A stretch of DNA of 38,312 nucleotides from Nemertoderma westbladi (GCA_032718475.1 JAUCBJ010002881.1:1-38312), one strand, 5' to 3'. Shown: positions 23,788-35,208, numbered from the stretch's first letter. A program made the numbers and translations. Notes: generated from the letters alone by a model not told the origin.

Positions 23788-25405
23788 CTGTACAGCTATA
23801 TGTACATGCGATGTACTGCACAACTATATGTACATGCGATGTACTGCATAGCTATATGTACATGCGATGTACAGCACAGTTATATGTACATTCAATGTGC
23901 TGCACAGCTATATGTACATACGATGTACTGCACAGCTATATGTACGTGCGATGTACTGCACAACTATATGCGATGTATTACACAGCTATATGCGATATAC
24001 AGCACAGTTATATGTACATGCGATGTACAAGTACAGCACAGTTATATGTACATGCGATGTACTGCATAACTATATGTACATGCGATGTACTGCACAACTA
24101 TATGCGATGTACAGCACAGTTATATGTACATGTGATGTACTGCACAGCTATATGTACATGCGATGTACTGCACAACTATATGTACATGCGATGTACTGCA
24201 CAACTATATGCGATGTATTACACAGCTATATGCGATATACAGCACAGTTATATGTACATGCGATGTACAAGTACAGCACAGTTATATGTACATGCGATGT
24301 ACTGCATAACTATATGTACATGCGATGTACTGCACAACTATATGCGATGTACAGCACAGTTATATGTACATGTGATGTACTGCACAGCTATATGTACATG
24401 CGATGTACTGCACAACTATATGTACATGCGATGTACTGCACAACTATATGCGATGTACAACACAGTTATATGTACATGCGATGTACAGCACAGTTATATG
24501 TACATGCGATGTACAGCACAGTTATATGTACATGCGATGTACTGCACAACTATATGCGATGTACAACACAGTTATATGTACATGCGATGTACTGCATAAC
24601 TATATGTACATGCGATGTACTGCACAACTATATGCGATGTACAGCACAGTTATATGTACATGTGATGTATTGCACAGCTATATGTACATGCGATGTACTG
24701 CACAACTATATGTACATGCGATGTACTGCACAACTATATGCGATGTACAACACAGTTATATGTACATGCGATGTACAGCACAGTTATATGTACATGCGAT
24801 GTACTGCACAACTATATGCGATGTACAACACAGTTATATGTACATGCGATGTACTACACAGCTATATGTACGTGCATGTGATGTACTGCACAGCTATATG
24901 TACATGCGATGTACTGCACAGCTATATGTACATGCGATGTACTACACAGCTATATGCGAAGTACAGCACAGCTATATGTACATGCGATGTACTACACAGC
25001 TATATGCGAAGTACAGCACAGCTATATGTACATGCGATGTACTACACAGCTATATGCGAAGTACAGCACAGCTATATGTACATGCGATGTACTGCACAAC
25101 TATATGCGATGTACTGCACAGTTATATGTACATGCGATGTACTACACAGCTATATGCGAATTACAGCACAGCTATATGTACATGCGATGTACTACACAGC
25201 TATATGCGAAGTACAGCACAGCTATATGTACATGCGATGTACTACACAGCTATATGCGAAGTACAGCACAGCTATATGTACATGCGATGTACTACACAGC
25301 TATATGCGAAGTACAGCACAGCTATATGTACATGCGATGTACTGCACAACTATATGCGATGTACTGCACAGTTATATGTACATGCGATGTACTGCACAAC
25401 TATAT
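23788..25405. repeat. 28/22-bp satellite, middle segment
   Basis: 28-bp units mixed with 22-bp units lacking TACATG. Confidence 0.98.
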
Positions 25406-28040
25406 AATAATAATAATAATAATAATAAACATCTTTTATTTCCTTAAAACTCCGCCTGGTAAACCAATTGGAGGCAGCTAGCAAACAAACGTCGCACAAG
25501 CTGATAATTTAAAAACTAGGAAATAAGCGTCAGTTGTCCAGCAGGGGTCTAACTAAATACGTAAAACATACACATCAAGTAGGGGCGGGGCCTACTACTA
25601 ACAACTTTACTGGTATCTAAACAAATAACAATAACAATAAACTAATAAAAGGTGAATGCAGCACAGTGCAGTATATATCCTGTTCCTGGGATTAAGTTAT
25701 TTCTTCGTATCGAGTGTAGTGTTTCAAATATTTTGCTTTTACGTCGCGTAGAAATAATTTATATGTATCTTGTTTTTTAATTTCAGTGGGGATACTATTC
25801 CATATTTTAATAAGTGCCACTGTTAAACTGTAAGTTCCATGATTTGAATAAGTTTTTGGAATTTTAATATTGTACGTGCGTGGGTTTAGAAGTTTGTGGG
25901 AACCAGAAGTTAACAAAGTAATTGGTAAGTATGGTAGATCTATGTGTTTGAAAGGGTGGATAAGTTATGCGTATATTTGTGAAAGAATTTTAAAGCTTTA
26001 AATTCTCGCAGTGAATGTAAATTTGGTATTTTAGCAATGGTGCGAAGTTCTGTGCCGGTGGAATCCCTATTCTTTTTACTGAAGACGACGCGTAAACCAA
26101 AGTTTTGTTGTTTCTCTATTTCATATAGTTTTTGTTTATATCCATATTGTTTGTGTAATGGTACTAGCAAATCTGAGCAATAATTTTGGTAAGGTTATAC
26201 TGTAGATTTATATATATTTAATTTTGTCTTCAATGGTAGTTGTCCTTTAACATTGCGTAGGCATGATATTGCAAGGGCCATTTTGTGAGTAATTTGGTCA
26301 ATTTGGGCGTGCCAGTTAAGTCTATTATCAATAATAACGCCTAAGTACTTAATTGAAGTGGATTGTTCAATTGTGTATGACTGTGTTTTTAGTTGTATTT
26401 TTTCTATGCTCGGTGTTCTGGTTTTTGGAGAAAGTAAGATAAATTCTGTCTTATCCGTGTTGAGATCTAGGTTTATATCTAGTAGGTTACGTTCCAGTTT
26501 GTCTACATGTTCAGATAGATTGTGTGTTGCTGTTAAAGGATTTGAATGTGATGCAAATATTAGAGTGTCATCAGCATATTGGATTAGATCTAAATCAGAG
26601 AAGGCGGATATGTTATTTACGTATAAAATAAATAGGATAGGTCCTACTTGGGTACCCTGTGGAATGCCGTGATTAATTTTAGCCCAGTCAGAATGAGTAT
26701 TATTAATTTTGACTCTTTGCACCCTATCATGTAAGTAGTTTGCTATTAGGTTGGTGGCAGTAGTGTGAAATCCGAGTCGGGTAAGTTTGTTTAATAGGAT
26801 ATTATGATTTAAAGAGTTGAACGCTTTTGCTACATCCAGTGCTGCAATGGCCACATATTTATTGCTATCTAGTGTTGCTTTCCATGATTCTGTAGTGTAA
26901 ATTAATGCATCAGAAGTTGCATATCCTTTGCGAAAACCGAATTGTTTATTTTTGATTATTTTATTTTTAGTTATATATGATACAATTTGGTTTAGCATTA
27001 CGGTTTCAAAAATTTTAGCAAATGTGGATGTTACAGATATTGGGCGATAGTTGGTAGCATTCTCTCTGTCTCCCTTTTTGAAAACAGGGGTAATATTAGT
27101 CATTTTTAAGTTTGAGGGGAACTTCGATGTGGTTAAACTTTGGTTTATTATAATATGTTAATGGGTAGGCTATTTTTGTCTTAATTAATTTTATTATGCG
27201 TGGGGGAATTGTGGAGGGACCAGCAGATTTATTCGTATTTAGTTTATCCAAGATGGTTAAGAGATCAGTTACAGTGATATTGTGAAATGAAAAAGTATCA
27301 TTGCACAATGGGGTATGTGTGTTAACAGGTAGTGTTTGTTTTGTGATATTTCTAGTCTGTAGTCCCAGTGTTAAAAATGTAGAGTTGAGTATATTAGCTA
27401 TTATTTTGCAACCGTGTTCAATTTTTCCATTTTTAGTTTTTATTGTATTAATCATATCGCTCGTACTTTTTTTTATTTAAAATTGAGTTAATTATTTTCC
27501 AGCGTGATTTTGCATTTTTTGCCCCAGCAAATTTTGATTACATATAATTATTTTTTAATGTGCGATTTAAGTTATTGTATTTATTTCTATTCGTCTTAAA
27601 GTTTGCATAATCATCATCAGTTTTAGTTGTTCTCCAGATATATAGTGAGTCCATTTTTGTTTATTTAGTTGTTTTAGTTCCTGTGTTTCCCATGCATTTT
27701 TGTTTGTAGTGTTCTTAGTTCTGTTTTCTGTTATTGTTTTTGTTGTTATAGGAGCATGTCTGTTTAGTACGTTTTCAATTTCATGTTCGAAGTAATTATA
27801 TGATTTGTCAATGTCCGCGTTATTGTATAGTGGGGCCCAATTTATTTGCGATATATCCTGCAAGAACATTTTTTCTGAGAACTGTTTATAATCTCTGTAT
27901 GTTATTCTTATGTTACTTTTTTTGGACGTGGGTGTCGCGCTTAGCTTCGTGTCACAATGTAATAATACATAATCGTGGTCAGAGAAGCCACTCGGTCTTG
28001 TTATTGAATTATAAATGGATTTATTATGGGAGGTAGTGAG
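25406..28040 (-). mobile_element. CR1/L2-group LINE, 3' portion (end of endonuclease, RT, 3' UTR, (TTA)n tail), frameshifted
   Basis: ORFs 27567-27869, 27096-27455, 26195-27103 (NYRPIS, QFGFRKG, LDVAKAF, GIPQG, YADD, KYLG), 25940-26170 and 25692-25916; (AAT)n at 25406-25428. Confidence 0.92.
26195..27103 (-). pseudogene. LINE reverse transcriptase domain (fragment of broken ORF2)
   Basis: 302-aa ORF with the non-LTR RT motifs including QYADD; flanked by frameshifts. Confidence 0.92.
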
Positions 28041-28280
28041 TGATAGGATCGTACTGGACTCTATACTGTATAATGGTGGCGGTCAATATAATAATTATAT
28101 ATATAGATAATGTTAATGACGTATGTGCTGGGTTGTCTTACCGGAAGTAGCCTAATCGTTGCCTAATACTGACTGTAAATATACTGACTGCATGTAGGCC
28201 TTGATAAAGTCAGACCCTTATTTCTGATACCGTTCGTCCGTGTCCAGTTGGACCATTACGCTACACACACACACACATCA
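28041..28280 (+). repeat. 5' LTR (240 bp)
   Basis: TGAT...ATCA; direct repeat of 32982-33219. Confidence 0.97.
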
Positions 28281-28289
28281 TGGCGCAGT
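28281..28289 (+). promoter_or_regulatory. Primer-binding site TGGCGCAGT, probably tRNA-Ser
   Basis: TGG immediately follows the 5' LTR; complementary to an ...ACUGCGCCA tRNA 3' end. The tRNA identity is inferred. Confidence 0.7.
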
Positions 28290-28327
28290 GTTACTGAATA
28301 TTGTGTGGTTAGCTATAAATTTATAAA

Positions 28328-31300
28328 ATGGACGATCAGGTAAACGTCTCGCGTTTAAAGAAAAGCCACACCGGATATAAAGCAAATTATTCCAGACTGC
28401 GGAATCAACTAAACTCTTTGATCCAGCAAGTAAACGTCCTCGCCCCAGACGAGCGTCCACTGGCATTAACTGACGACATTCAAAGACTTAAAGGTATGTT
28501 AGAAGTCTCCTCCGAAAAACTTGGAGACTCATTGCAGTTAATGCTCGATAACGATGTCGATTGTACGGTAGAGGAAACTGTGTACGATAACATTACAGTT
28601 GAACTGACCGGTTTAAGATTGTCCGTGATAAAGATTCTCGGTGAAATCCCGAAACTCCCTACCGGTATACAAAACCCCAACGCGCAGATAGGAAACGTTA
28701 CCCAGCACGGATCCGGGATTGGCGTAAAGTCAGACAATGCGCCCCGTGCTACGGTGAATAAACCTCCTATAATCGATCAGGATATCGATATTAAACGGTT
28801 TAATCGTTGGCGAGTTTCATGGTGTAATTACGCCAAGATTATAAAACTACAACTTCAGCCAAGAGACGAACAGATCTCCGCATTCTTCGGATACTGCAGC
28901 CCTGCGTTACTTTCTAAACTGCAGTACGTCGTCGAGATACCACAGAACACGGTATTAACCCTTGAGGAAGTGTTCGACAAATTCGAAAACTATCTAAAAG
29001 GGAGGCAAAATATTGCACTCGACAGATGGGAACTCACAACGTGTAAACAACAAGAATGCGAAACATTCGACAATTATTATACTCGATTGTGCGAAATGGC
29101 TGAGACTGCGGGTCTTCGCGGGATGCGAGAAGACGAGTGGATATCAACGTTGATTACAGTGGGAATAAACGACGAGGAGATCCGGCAAGATCTCCTCGCG
29201 AAGTCACCAGCACTGGACCATAAAGAAACAGTACTCTTCTGTCGCAGTGAAGAGGCTGCGCGAAGCCACTTAAGGAGAATGAAAATCTCGAGATCTGAAA
29301 GTTCAGATTATTCCTCAGCGGCGGCTACGAGCGAGACATCGAGATCACGTCAGCGTTGTAATAATAAGGGATATCAATTCCGAAAAAGATCGCAATCTAG
29401 AAACCAACAGTCTAACGACGATAAATGTATGCGTTGTGGCTATGACAAACACGGGCAGGGTAAATTCTGCCCAGCACAGGGTAAAACGTGCAGCAAATGT
29501 AAAAAACGAAACCATTTTGCCCAAGTTTGCACATCTAAAGTGAATAAATCCGCAGCAGTTGTGAGTAATGACAGTACATCTGCTGCTATCAATGTGGCAT
29601 CTTGCGTTTTTAATAAACGATGTGCAGTTGAAGTGAATTTGTCCTATGATGGACAGCACTGTTGCCAAATGGATGCAATCCCAGATACAGGCTCAGATCG
29701 TACTGTATGTGGAGTACAATTAGCTGATAAGTTGAAAATTGACATAGCCAATTTTCTAGAACCGTCTAGTGACAACTTATTGAACATAAATGGTAATTCT
29801 ATTAAACAAATAGGACAACTCTCCTTATTAATAAAACTAGAAGGGCAAGAAATCAGAGATGTCATTACTGTATGTGAAGGTGTGACGTCACTATATTTGT
29901 CATTGAAAGTGTGCAAAGCATTACGTCTAATCCATGAAAACTGGCCCAAACCACTTCCCCCAATTTATTTTGGTCAGGAATTAAATTATCAGAGTTGTTC
30001 ACTTAAAACACAAGTTGATAAAATTAAAGTTGTGTTCAAACAGAGAGAACGGGAAAATTGGATTTTAAATTTACCAGAAAATCCATCTGATAATGAGAAA
30101 GGGGAAGTACACAGAAAACTGTCATCAGTTTACTGTTCGGTTTTCGACTGCAAAACGGAATTAAAAACAATGTGTGGGAAAACTATTGGTGATCCTATGA
30201 AAATTGAACTGAAAGAAAATTTTACACCTTTTGCAATTCATGCGGCGAGAAAAATTCCTTTTGCAAAACGAAATGAAGTAAAAACTGAACTCGATTATCT
30301 TGTAGAGAAGGGTATAATCGAGCCAGTGGGAGATCGGCCAACAGAGTGGTGCCACCCTTTAGTTGTGGCACCCAAACCGGACGGTGGTATCAGAGTGTGT
30401 GTAGACTTGACAAATTTAAATAAACAAGTCAAACGGGTAGTACACCCGAGTAATTCACCCTATGAAGTCGTGTCGGAAATCGCCCCAGAATCCAAATATT
30501 TTACAACTTTGGACGCAAAAACTGCTTATTGGCAAGTTTTATTGGATCCAGCAGCCCGCGACTTAACTTGTTTCATAACACCATTGGGACGGTTTATATT
30601 CAACCGAGCTCCAATGGGTTACATAAGTACGGGTGACTCATATAATCTACGTGCTGATATGGCGCTAAGAGGTATAGACAATATTCATAAGCTGGTAGAC
30701 GGCATGGTAATTGCAGATAAAGATTTTAAATCCCATGTTGGCCGTATTTGTGAAGTTCTAGAACGTTGTGCTCAGTATAATATCACCATTCATCCCAATA
30801 AATTTAATTTCGCACTGTGCGAAGTTAAATTTGGTGGGTATATTGTATCACAGGAAGGTACGAAGGCTGATCCCGAAAAAATCAGCGCTATAACTAACTT
30901 TCCTGCTCCCACCAATCGCACTGAACTACGTTCTTTTATGGGCCTAGTTCAACAACTAGCGCGATTCTCAAATGAAATAAGTGAAATGGCTTGTCCTTTA
31001 CGCGATCTCTTGAAAGTTAAAAACGCATATAGTTGGACAGCCAATCACGAACTAGCATTTGAAAATGTTAAAAAGGAGCTGGCAATCCCACCCATTCTTG
31101 CCCCATTCGATAAAAACGCAAAACTACAATTAGAAACGGATGCATCCAGAACCAAAGGTTTAGGGTTTGCATTATTGCAGAAACGAGAAGTTGATCAGGA
31201 ATGGCATTTAATACAATGTGGGTCGAGATTTTTGAAAGACTGTGAAACGCGGTACGCGGTAATTGAGTTGGAAGCCCTAGCTATTCAATGGGCCATTACG

Positions 31301-32929
31301 AAATGTCGAATTTATTTGTATGGTCAACCGCATTTTACAGTGGTGACAGATCACCGCCCCCTTTTACCTATTATGAACACTCAGACACTCGATGTAATTG
31401 ATAATATGAGACTACAAAATCTAAAAATGAAACTTAGTGGGTACAATTTTACAGTGGAGTGGAAAACGGGAAAGCAGCATTACATTCCCGATGCACTTTC
31501 GCGAGCACCTGTATCAGATCCTTCGCCCGACAATGACGAAGACCCAGATGCAACTAAGTATGTGATTGCGGCACTTTTTCAGGCTGCATCCGAAAAAATT
31601 AATAACGAAATATGTGATAGTTATAAATATTCACCGTACAAAGACCCATTACTGGAGAAGCTGCGAAATGTTTCTCGTTATGATAAGGATTATCAGGCCT
31701 TAATCACAGCAATTAACGGCGATTTCGAACCCACAGTGGTTGGAAATCCGTTGGTTCAGCAGTTAAAAAAATTGTGGAATGAACTGGGTGTAGAAGATGG
31801 GATTGTGCTGTTTGGACGTCGCATGGTGATTCCTAAAGAAGCCCGTGCAGACATCTTGACTAAACTGCATGATGCCCATCAAGGTATAGAGCGCACTAAA
31901 AGACGCGCTAGGGAGTCTGTATATTGGCCAGGAATCAATAATGAAATTGAGATTTTAGTTCAATCCTGTGAAAAGTGCCAATACCGACTCCCGAGTAATG
32001 TGAAAGAACCATGTTTATCGGACCCGACACCCTCGAGAGTTTTCGAGTCCGTTTCATCCGACTTGTTTGACTTTGCGGGTCATGCATATTTAGTATATGT
32101 AGACAGATTATCTGGATTTCCCTTTGTCACACGGTGGCATAGTGACCCGACAGCACAACAAGTTATTGCAAAATTGCATCAGTATTTCGCTCAAACCGGC
32201 GTTCCTGTACGTATACGAACTGATAATGGCCCACAGTATAACTCACAAGTTTTTAAAGACTTTTTAGAACGTTGGGGGGTTGCTAGGGTGCCCTCAACGC
32301 CGTATTATCCACAGTCGAATGGCCATGCGGAGGTCTCAGTAAAAATTGTAAAAAGTCTAGTGGCAAAAGCGGATGATGGGCGAATTGATTCGGAAATATT
32401 TACTCGGGGTATTCTAGAACTACGCAACACACCCCGTATTGATGGTCGTTCTCCAGCGCAGATTGTGTACGGCCATCCACTTCGGTCACAACTGCCTCTC
32501 CATTATCGTGCATTCGATAAGACCTGGCAAACCGAAGCAAAAACGGCTGACGAAGTTGCTTGGCGTGCATCTAAGACCGCGCAGCTTTACTATGACAGAA
32601 ACGCACGTGCTTTACCGAAATTGGACCCTGGAACCAAGGTGCTTATCCAGAACCCTGGAACAAAGCGCTGGTCAAAGACCGGCGTTGTAGTGGAAAGGGG
32701 AAGTAGGCGGGATTATCAACTCAAACTCCCATCTGGACGAGTTTATCGCCGAAACAGAAGGTTTCTCCGTCCTCTATTTCAACCGGACAAACGAGAACCT
32801 CCAAACAACCCTACAAACAATATCCCATATCCACCCACTACATTATTGACTGAAGTCGAACCGAAAGTGAAATCTATTCTACGACGTAGCACAAGGAAGA
32901 TCAAACCGGTGGTACGATTCACGGCTTAA
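28328..32929 (+). CDS. Gag-Pol polyprotein, 1533 aa (gag zinc knuckles, aspartic protease, RT, RNase H, integrase)
   Basis: CMRCGYDKH..CPAQGKTCSKCKKRNHFAQVC; PDTGS; IRVCVDL, TLDAKTAYWQ, LVDG; TDAS, ELEALA, TDHRPL, DALSR; HDAH..CEKC, TDNGPQY, SNGHAE. Confidence 0.96.
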   Translation: MDDQVNVSRLKKSHTGYKANYSRLRNQLNSLIQQVNVLAPDERPLALTDDIQRLKGMLEVSSEKLGDSLQLMLDNDVDCTVEETVYDNITVELTGLRLSVIKILGEIPKLPTGIQNPNAQIGNVTQHGSGIGVKSDNAPRATVNKPPIIDQDIDIKRFNRWRVSWCNYAKIIKLQLQPRDEQISAFFGYCSPALLSKLQYVVEIPQNTVLTLEEVFDKFENYLKGRQNIALDRWELTTCKQQECETFDNYYTRLCEMAETAGLRGMREDEWISTLITVGINDEEIRQDLLAKSPALDHKETVLFCRSEEAARSHLRRMKISRSESSDYSSAAATSETSRSRQRCNNKGYQFRKRSQSRNQQSNDDKCMRCGYDKHGQGKFCPAQGKTCSKCKKRNHFAQVCTSKVNKSAAVVSNDSTSAAINVASCVFNKRCAVEVNLSYDGQHCCQMDAIPDTGSDRTVCGVQLADKLKIDIANFLEPSSDNLLNINGNSIKQIGQLSLLIKLEGQEIRDVITVCEGVTSLYLSLKVCKALRLIHENWPKPLPPIYFGQELNYQSCSLKTQVDKIKVVFKQRERENWILNLPENPSDNEKGEVHRKLSSVYCSVFDCKTELKTMCGKTIGDPMKIELKENFTPFAIHAARKIPFAKRNEVKTELDYLVEKGIIEPVGDRPTEWCHPLVVAPKPDGGIRVCVDLTNLNKQVKRVVHPSNSPYEVVSEIAPESKYFTTLDAKTAYWQVLLDPAARDLTCFITPLGRFIFNRAPMGYISTGDSYNLRADMALRGIDNIHKLVDGMVIADKDFKSHVGRICEVLERCAQYNITIHPNKFNFALCEVKFGGYIVSQEGTKADPEKISAITNFPAPTNRTELRSFMGLVQQLARFSNEISEMACPLRDLLKVKNAYSWTANHELAFENVKKELAIPPILAPFDKNAKLQLETDASRTKGLGFALLQKREVDQEWHLIQCGSRFLKDCETRYAVIELEALAIQWAITKCRIYLYGQPHFTVVTDHRPLLPIMNTQTLDVIDNMRLQNLKMKLSGYNFTVEWKTGKQHYIPDALSRAPVSDPSPDNDEDPDATKYVIAALFQAASEKINNEICDSYKYSPYKDPLLEKLRNVSRYDKDYQALITAINGDFEPTVVGNPLVQQLKKLWNELGVEDGIVLFGRRMVIPKEARADILTKLHDAHQGIERTKRRARESVYWPGINNEIEILVQSCEKCQYRLPSNVKEPCLSDPTPSRVFESVSSDLFDFAGHAYLVYVDRLSGFPFVTRWHSDPTAQQVIAKLHQYFAQTGVPVRIRTDNGPQYNSQVFKDFLERWGVARVPSTPYYPQSNGHAEVSVKIVKSLVAKADDGRIDSEIFTRGILELRNTPRIDGRSPAQIVYGHPLRSQLPLHYRAFDKTWQTEAKTADEVAWRASKTAQLYYDRNARALPKLDPGTKVLIQNPGTKRWSKTGVVVERGSRRDYQLKLPSGRVYRRNRRFLRPLFQPDKREPPNNPTNNIPYPPTTLLTEVEPKVKSILRRSTRKIKPVVRFTA

Positions 32930-32970
32930 TTGAAATTGTTTCAGTTTCTCAAGCTGCCAATCTCAATCTC

Positions 32971-32981
32971 GGTAAGGGAGA
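32971..32981 (+). promoter_or_regulatory. Polypurine tract GGTAAGGGAGA
   Basis: Purine run directly before the 3' LTR. Confidence 0.8.
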
Positions 32982-33219
32982 TGATAGGATCGTACTGGAC
33001 TCTATACTGTATAATGGTGGCGGTCAATATAATAATTATATATATAGATAATGTTAATGACGTATGTGCTGGGTTGTCTTACCGGAAGTAGCCTAATCGT
33101 TGCCTAATACTGACTGTAAATATACTGACTGCATGTAGGCCTTGATAAAGTCAGACCCTTATTTCTGATACCGTTCGACCGTGTCCAGTTGGACCATTAC
33201 GCTACACACACACACATCA
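32982..33219 (+). repeat. 3' LTR (238 bp)
   Basis: Differs from the 5' LTR by one substitution (28237 T / 33178 A) and one CA unit. Confidence 0.97.
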
Positions 33220-33224
33220 GTGAG

Positions 33225-33578
33225 GTATAAGTCAAGTAATGAGTTTTTGTTTTTCCCATTGCCATATCGTGTTGGGGTAAGTTCGTTAAGTAGGTCTAGA
33301 TTATAAGTAATAATATAGTTTTCAAGTTCCTTCACTTTCACATTATTTTTATCTAACATATCACAATTAAAGTCACCTGCTATGATTGTATTACTATAAT
33401 TGTAGTTCAGTGCATTTTCCGTTTCTTCAAGAAAATCTTCAAGAAAAGATACATTTTTGGGGGGTCGATATACTACGCCGAATAGAATACTGGTATCGAT
33501 TTCTATCCAAAGTGACTCATATGCAGATTTGCAGTTTTTATTTTGGATGTCCTGCTTTACTTTAGTACACAACTTTAG
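33225..33578 (-). mobile_element. 5' portion (APE endonuclease fragment) of the LINE at 25406-28040
   Basis: ESLWIEI, GVVYRPP, IIAGDFNCD, TPTR, SLLDL; rejoining across the Gypsy gives LLDLYLTTSHNK...GFSDHDY. Confidence 0.92.
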
Positions 33579-34372
33579 TGCACAACTATATGTACATGCG
33601 ATGTACTGCACAACTATATGTACATGCGATGTACAGCACAGTTATATGTACATGCGATGTACTGCACAACTATATGCGATGTACTGCACAGTTATATGTA
33701 CATGCGATGTACAGCATAGTTATATGTACATGCGATATACTGCACAACTATATGCGATGTACTACACAGCTATATGTACATGCGATGTACTGCACAACTA
33801 TATGCGATGTACAGCACAGTTATATGTACATGCGATGTACTGCACAACTATATGCGATGTACTGCACAGTTATATGTACATGCGATGTACAGCACAGTTA
33901 TATGTACATGCGATGTACTGCACAACTATATGCGATGTACTACACAGCTATATGCGATGTACAGCACAGTTACATGCGATGTACTGCACAACTATATGCG
34001 ATCTACTGCGCAGTTATATGTACATGCGATGTACTGCACAACTACATGCGATGTACTGCACAACTATATGTACATGCGATGTATTGCACAACTATATGCG
34101 ATGTACAGCACAGTTATATGTACATGCGATGTACTGCACAACTATATGCGATGTACTGCGCAGTTATATGTACATGCGATGTACAGCACAGTTATATGTA
34201 CATGCGATGTACTGCACAACTATATGCGATGTACTACACAGCTATATGCGATGTACTCCACAGCTATATGTACATTCGATGTACTGCGCAACTATATGAG
34301 ATGTACTGCACAACTATATGTACATGCGATGTACTGCACAGCTATATGTACATTCGATGTACTACACAGCCT
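33579..34372. repeat. 28/22-bp satellite, right segment
   Basis: Same units and orientation as 23788-25405; resumes in phase, with TGCACAACTATAT at both LINE junctions. Confidence 0.98.
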
Positions 34373-34606
34373 ATATCTCCATCACATAAACTTTGACCTA
34401 TTGATCACCACATAAGAATCCAAGTGACATACTGAAAACTACATACAGTATATGGAAAGTGAGGTAAATCTAAATTTTTCACGGTCTACATTTGAATAAT
34501 GAATAATTAATTTCCATTCAAGGACTTTTACTTAACATATTCTACTTTCCTAACCCAGTCTCAGGATAATAACTACCTAACTATTCTACTTACCCACCCC
34601 CATTAG

Positions 34607-34757
34607 GTAATGGAGGACTCAAGAAGCGACAACGGTTCTGACGACCAGTTTATGTTCGCCTGTGAGGAGAACATTGCCATGACGGTGTTCCAAGATTACT
34701 CTACATCGCCAGTGGAATCATCTCCCCCGTTCGAAGATCCCGTCAATCTTTCTAAGG
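34607..34757 (+). other. Candidate host exon (VMEDSRSDNGSDDQFMFACEENIAMTVFQDYSTSPVESSPPFEDPVNLSK)
   Basis: CTAAC branch-like motif at 34577-34581, pyrimidine tract, cattag| acceptor, open frame, consensus donor G|GTAAGT at 34758. Confidence 0.45.
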
Positions 34758-34956
34758 GTAAGTTTTACGATGCAGATAGACCAGTTTTCCTGCACTATGC
34801 AGCATAATAAAATAGTCGCCAAATATAATCGCAGTGACCCTTCAGCTCCTATCCGCATTTTTCATGTTTTCTCTTTCTCGTCCTTGGTAAATTTTGGCCA
34901 TTCGACTAAAAAACTCGCTTCATAAATAACAAAATAATATATTGGGATAATCTCTT

Positions 34957-35025
34957 AGACGCCTCTTAAAGGACACAGGCCTTGAGATGCGGATAATCTC
35001 GGAAAAGTCATGGGGATAGATAGTA
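34957..35025 (+). mobile_element. Tiny 3' fragment of an RTE related to 17770-18652
   Basis: agacgcctcttaaaggacacaggccttgagatgcggataatctcggaaaagtcatggg aligns by eye with about 18503-18560. Confidence 0.7.
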
Positions 35026-35208
35026 TGGGCTGCATCACAGCGAGCAAATTGTATTCTATGCTGGTGGTCTGGTGGCACATTTTTTTTTTGTTAAGCCGGC
35101 ATCATATCATCTCAATATGCAGCTTCAATGCAGCTGGTCCATTATAGATCGATATAGAACGACCAATCTGATTGGCGGGTTAAAAACCTGTTATATAAAT
35201 AAGTTGTT

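Larger units (their letters stand above)
28041..33219 (+). mobile_element. Full-length Ty3/Gypsy LTR retrotransposon (Mag-like), 5179 bp
   Basis: Two TG..CA LTRs, 5-bp TSD GTGAG (28036-28040, 33220-33224), PBS, PPT and gag-PR-RT-RH-IN order. Confidence 0.97.

Noticed and set aside
23704-25481. Cys/Tyr/Met-rich ORFs up to 526 aa (also 33457-34415)
   Set aside because: Open in all three frames because of the 28/22-bp satellite; not a metal-binding repeat protein.
28278-32690. Small ORFs antisense to or overlapping gag-pol
   Set aside because: Shadow frames of the long coding sequence with no independent motifs.
35172-35184. ttggcgggttaaa match to positions 19-31
   Set aside because: Only 13 bp and the flanks do not align; insufficient to call a third element copy.
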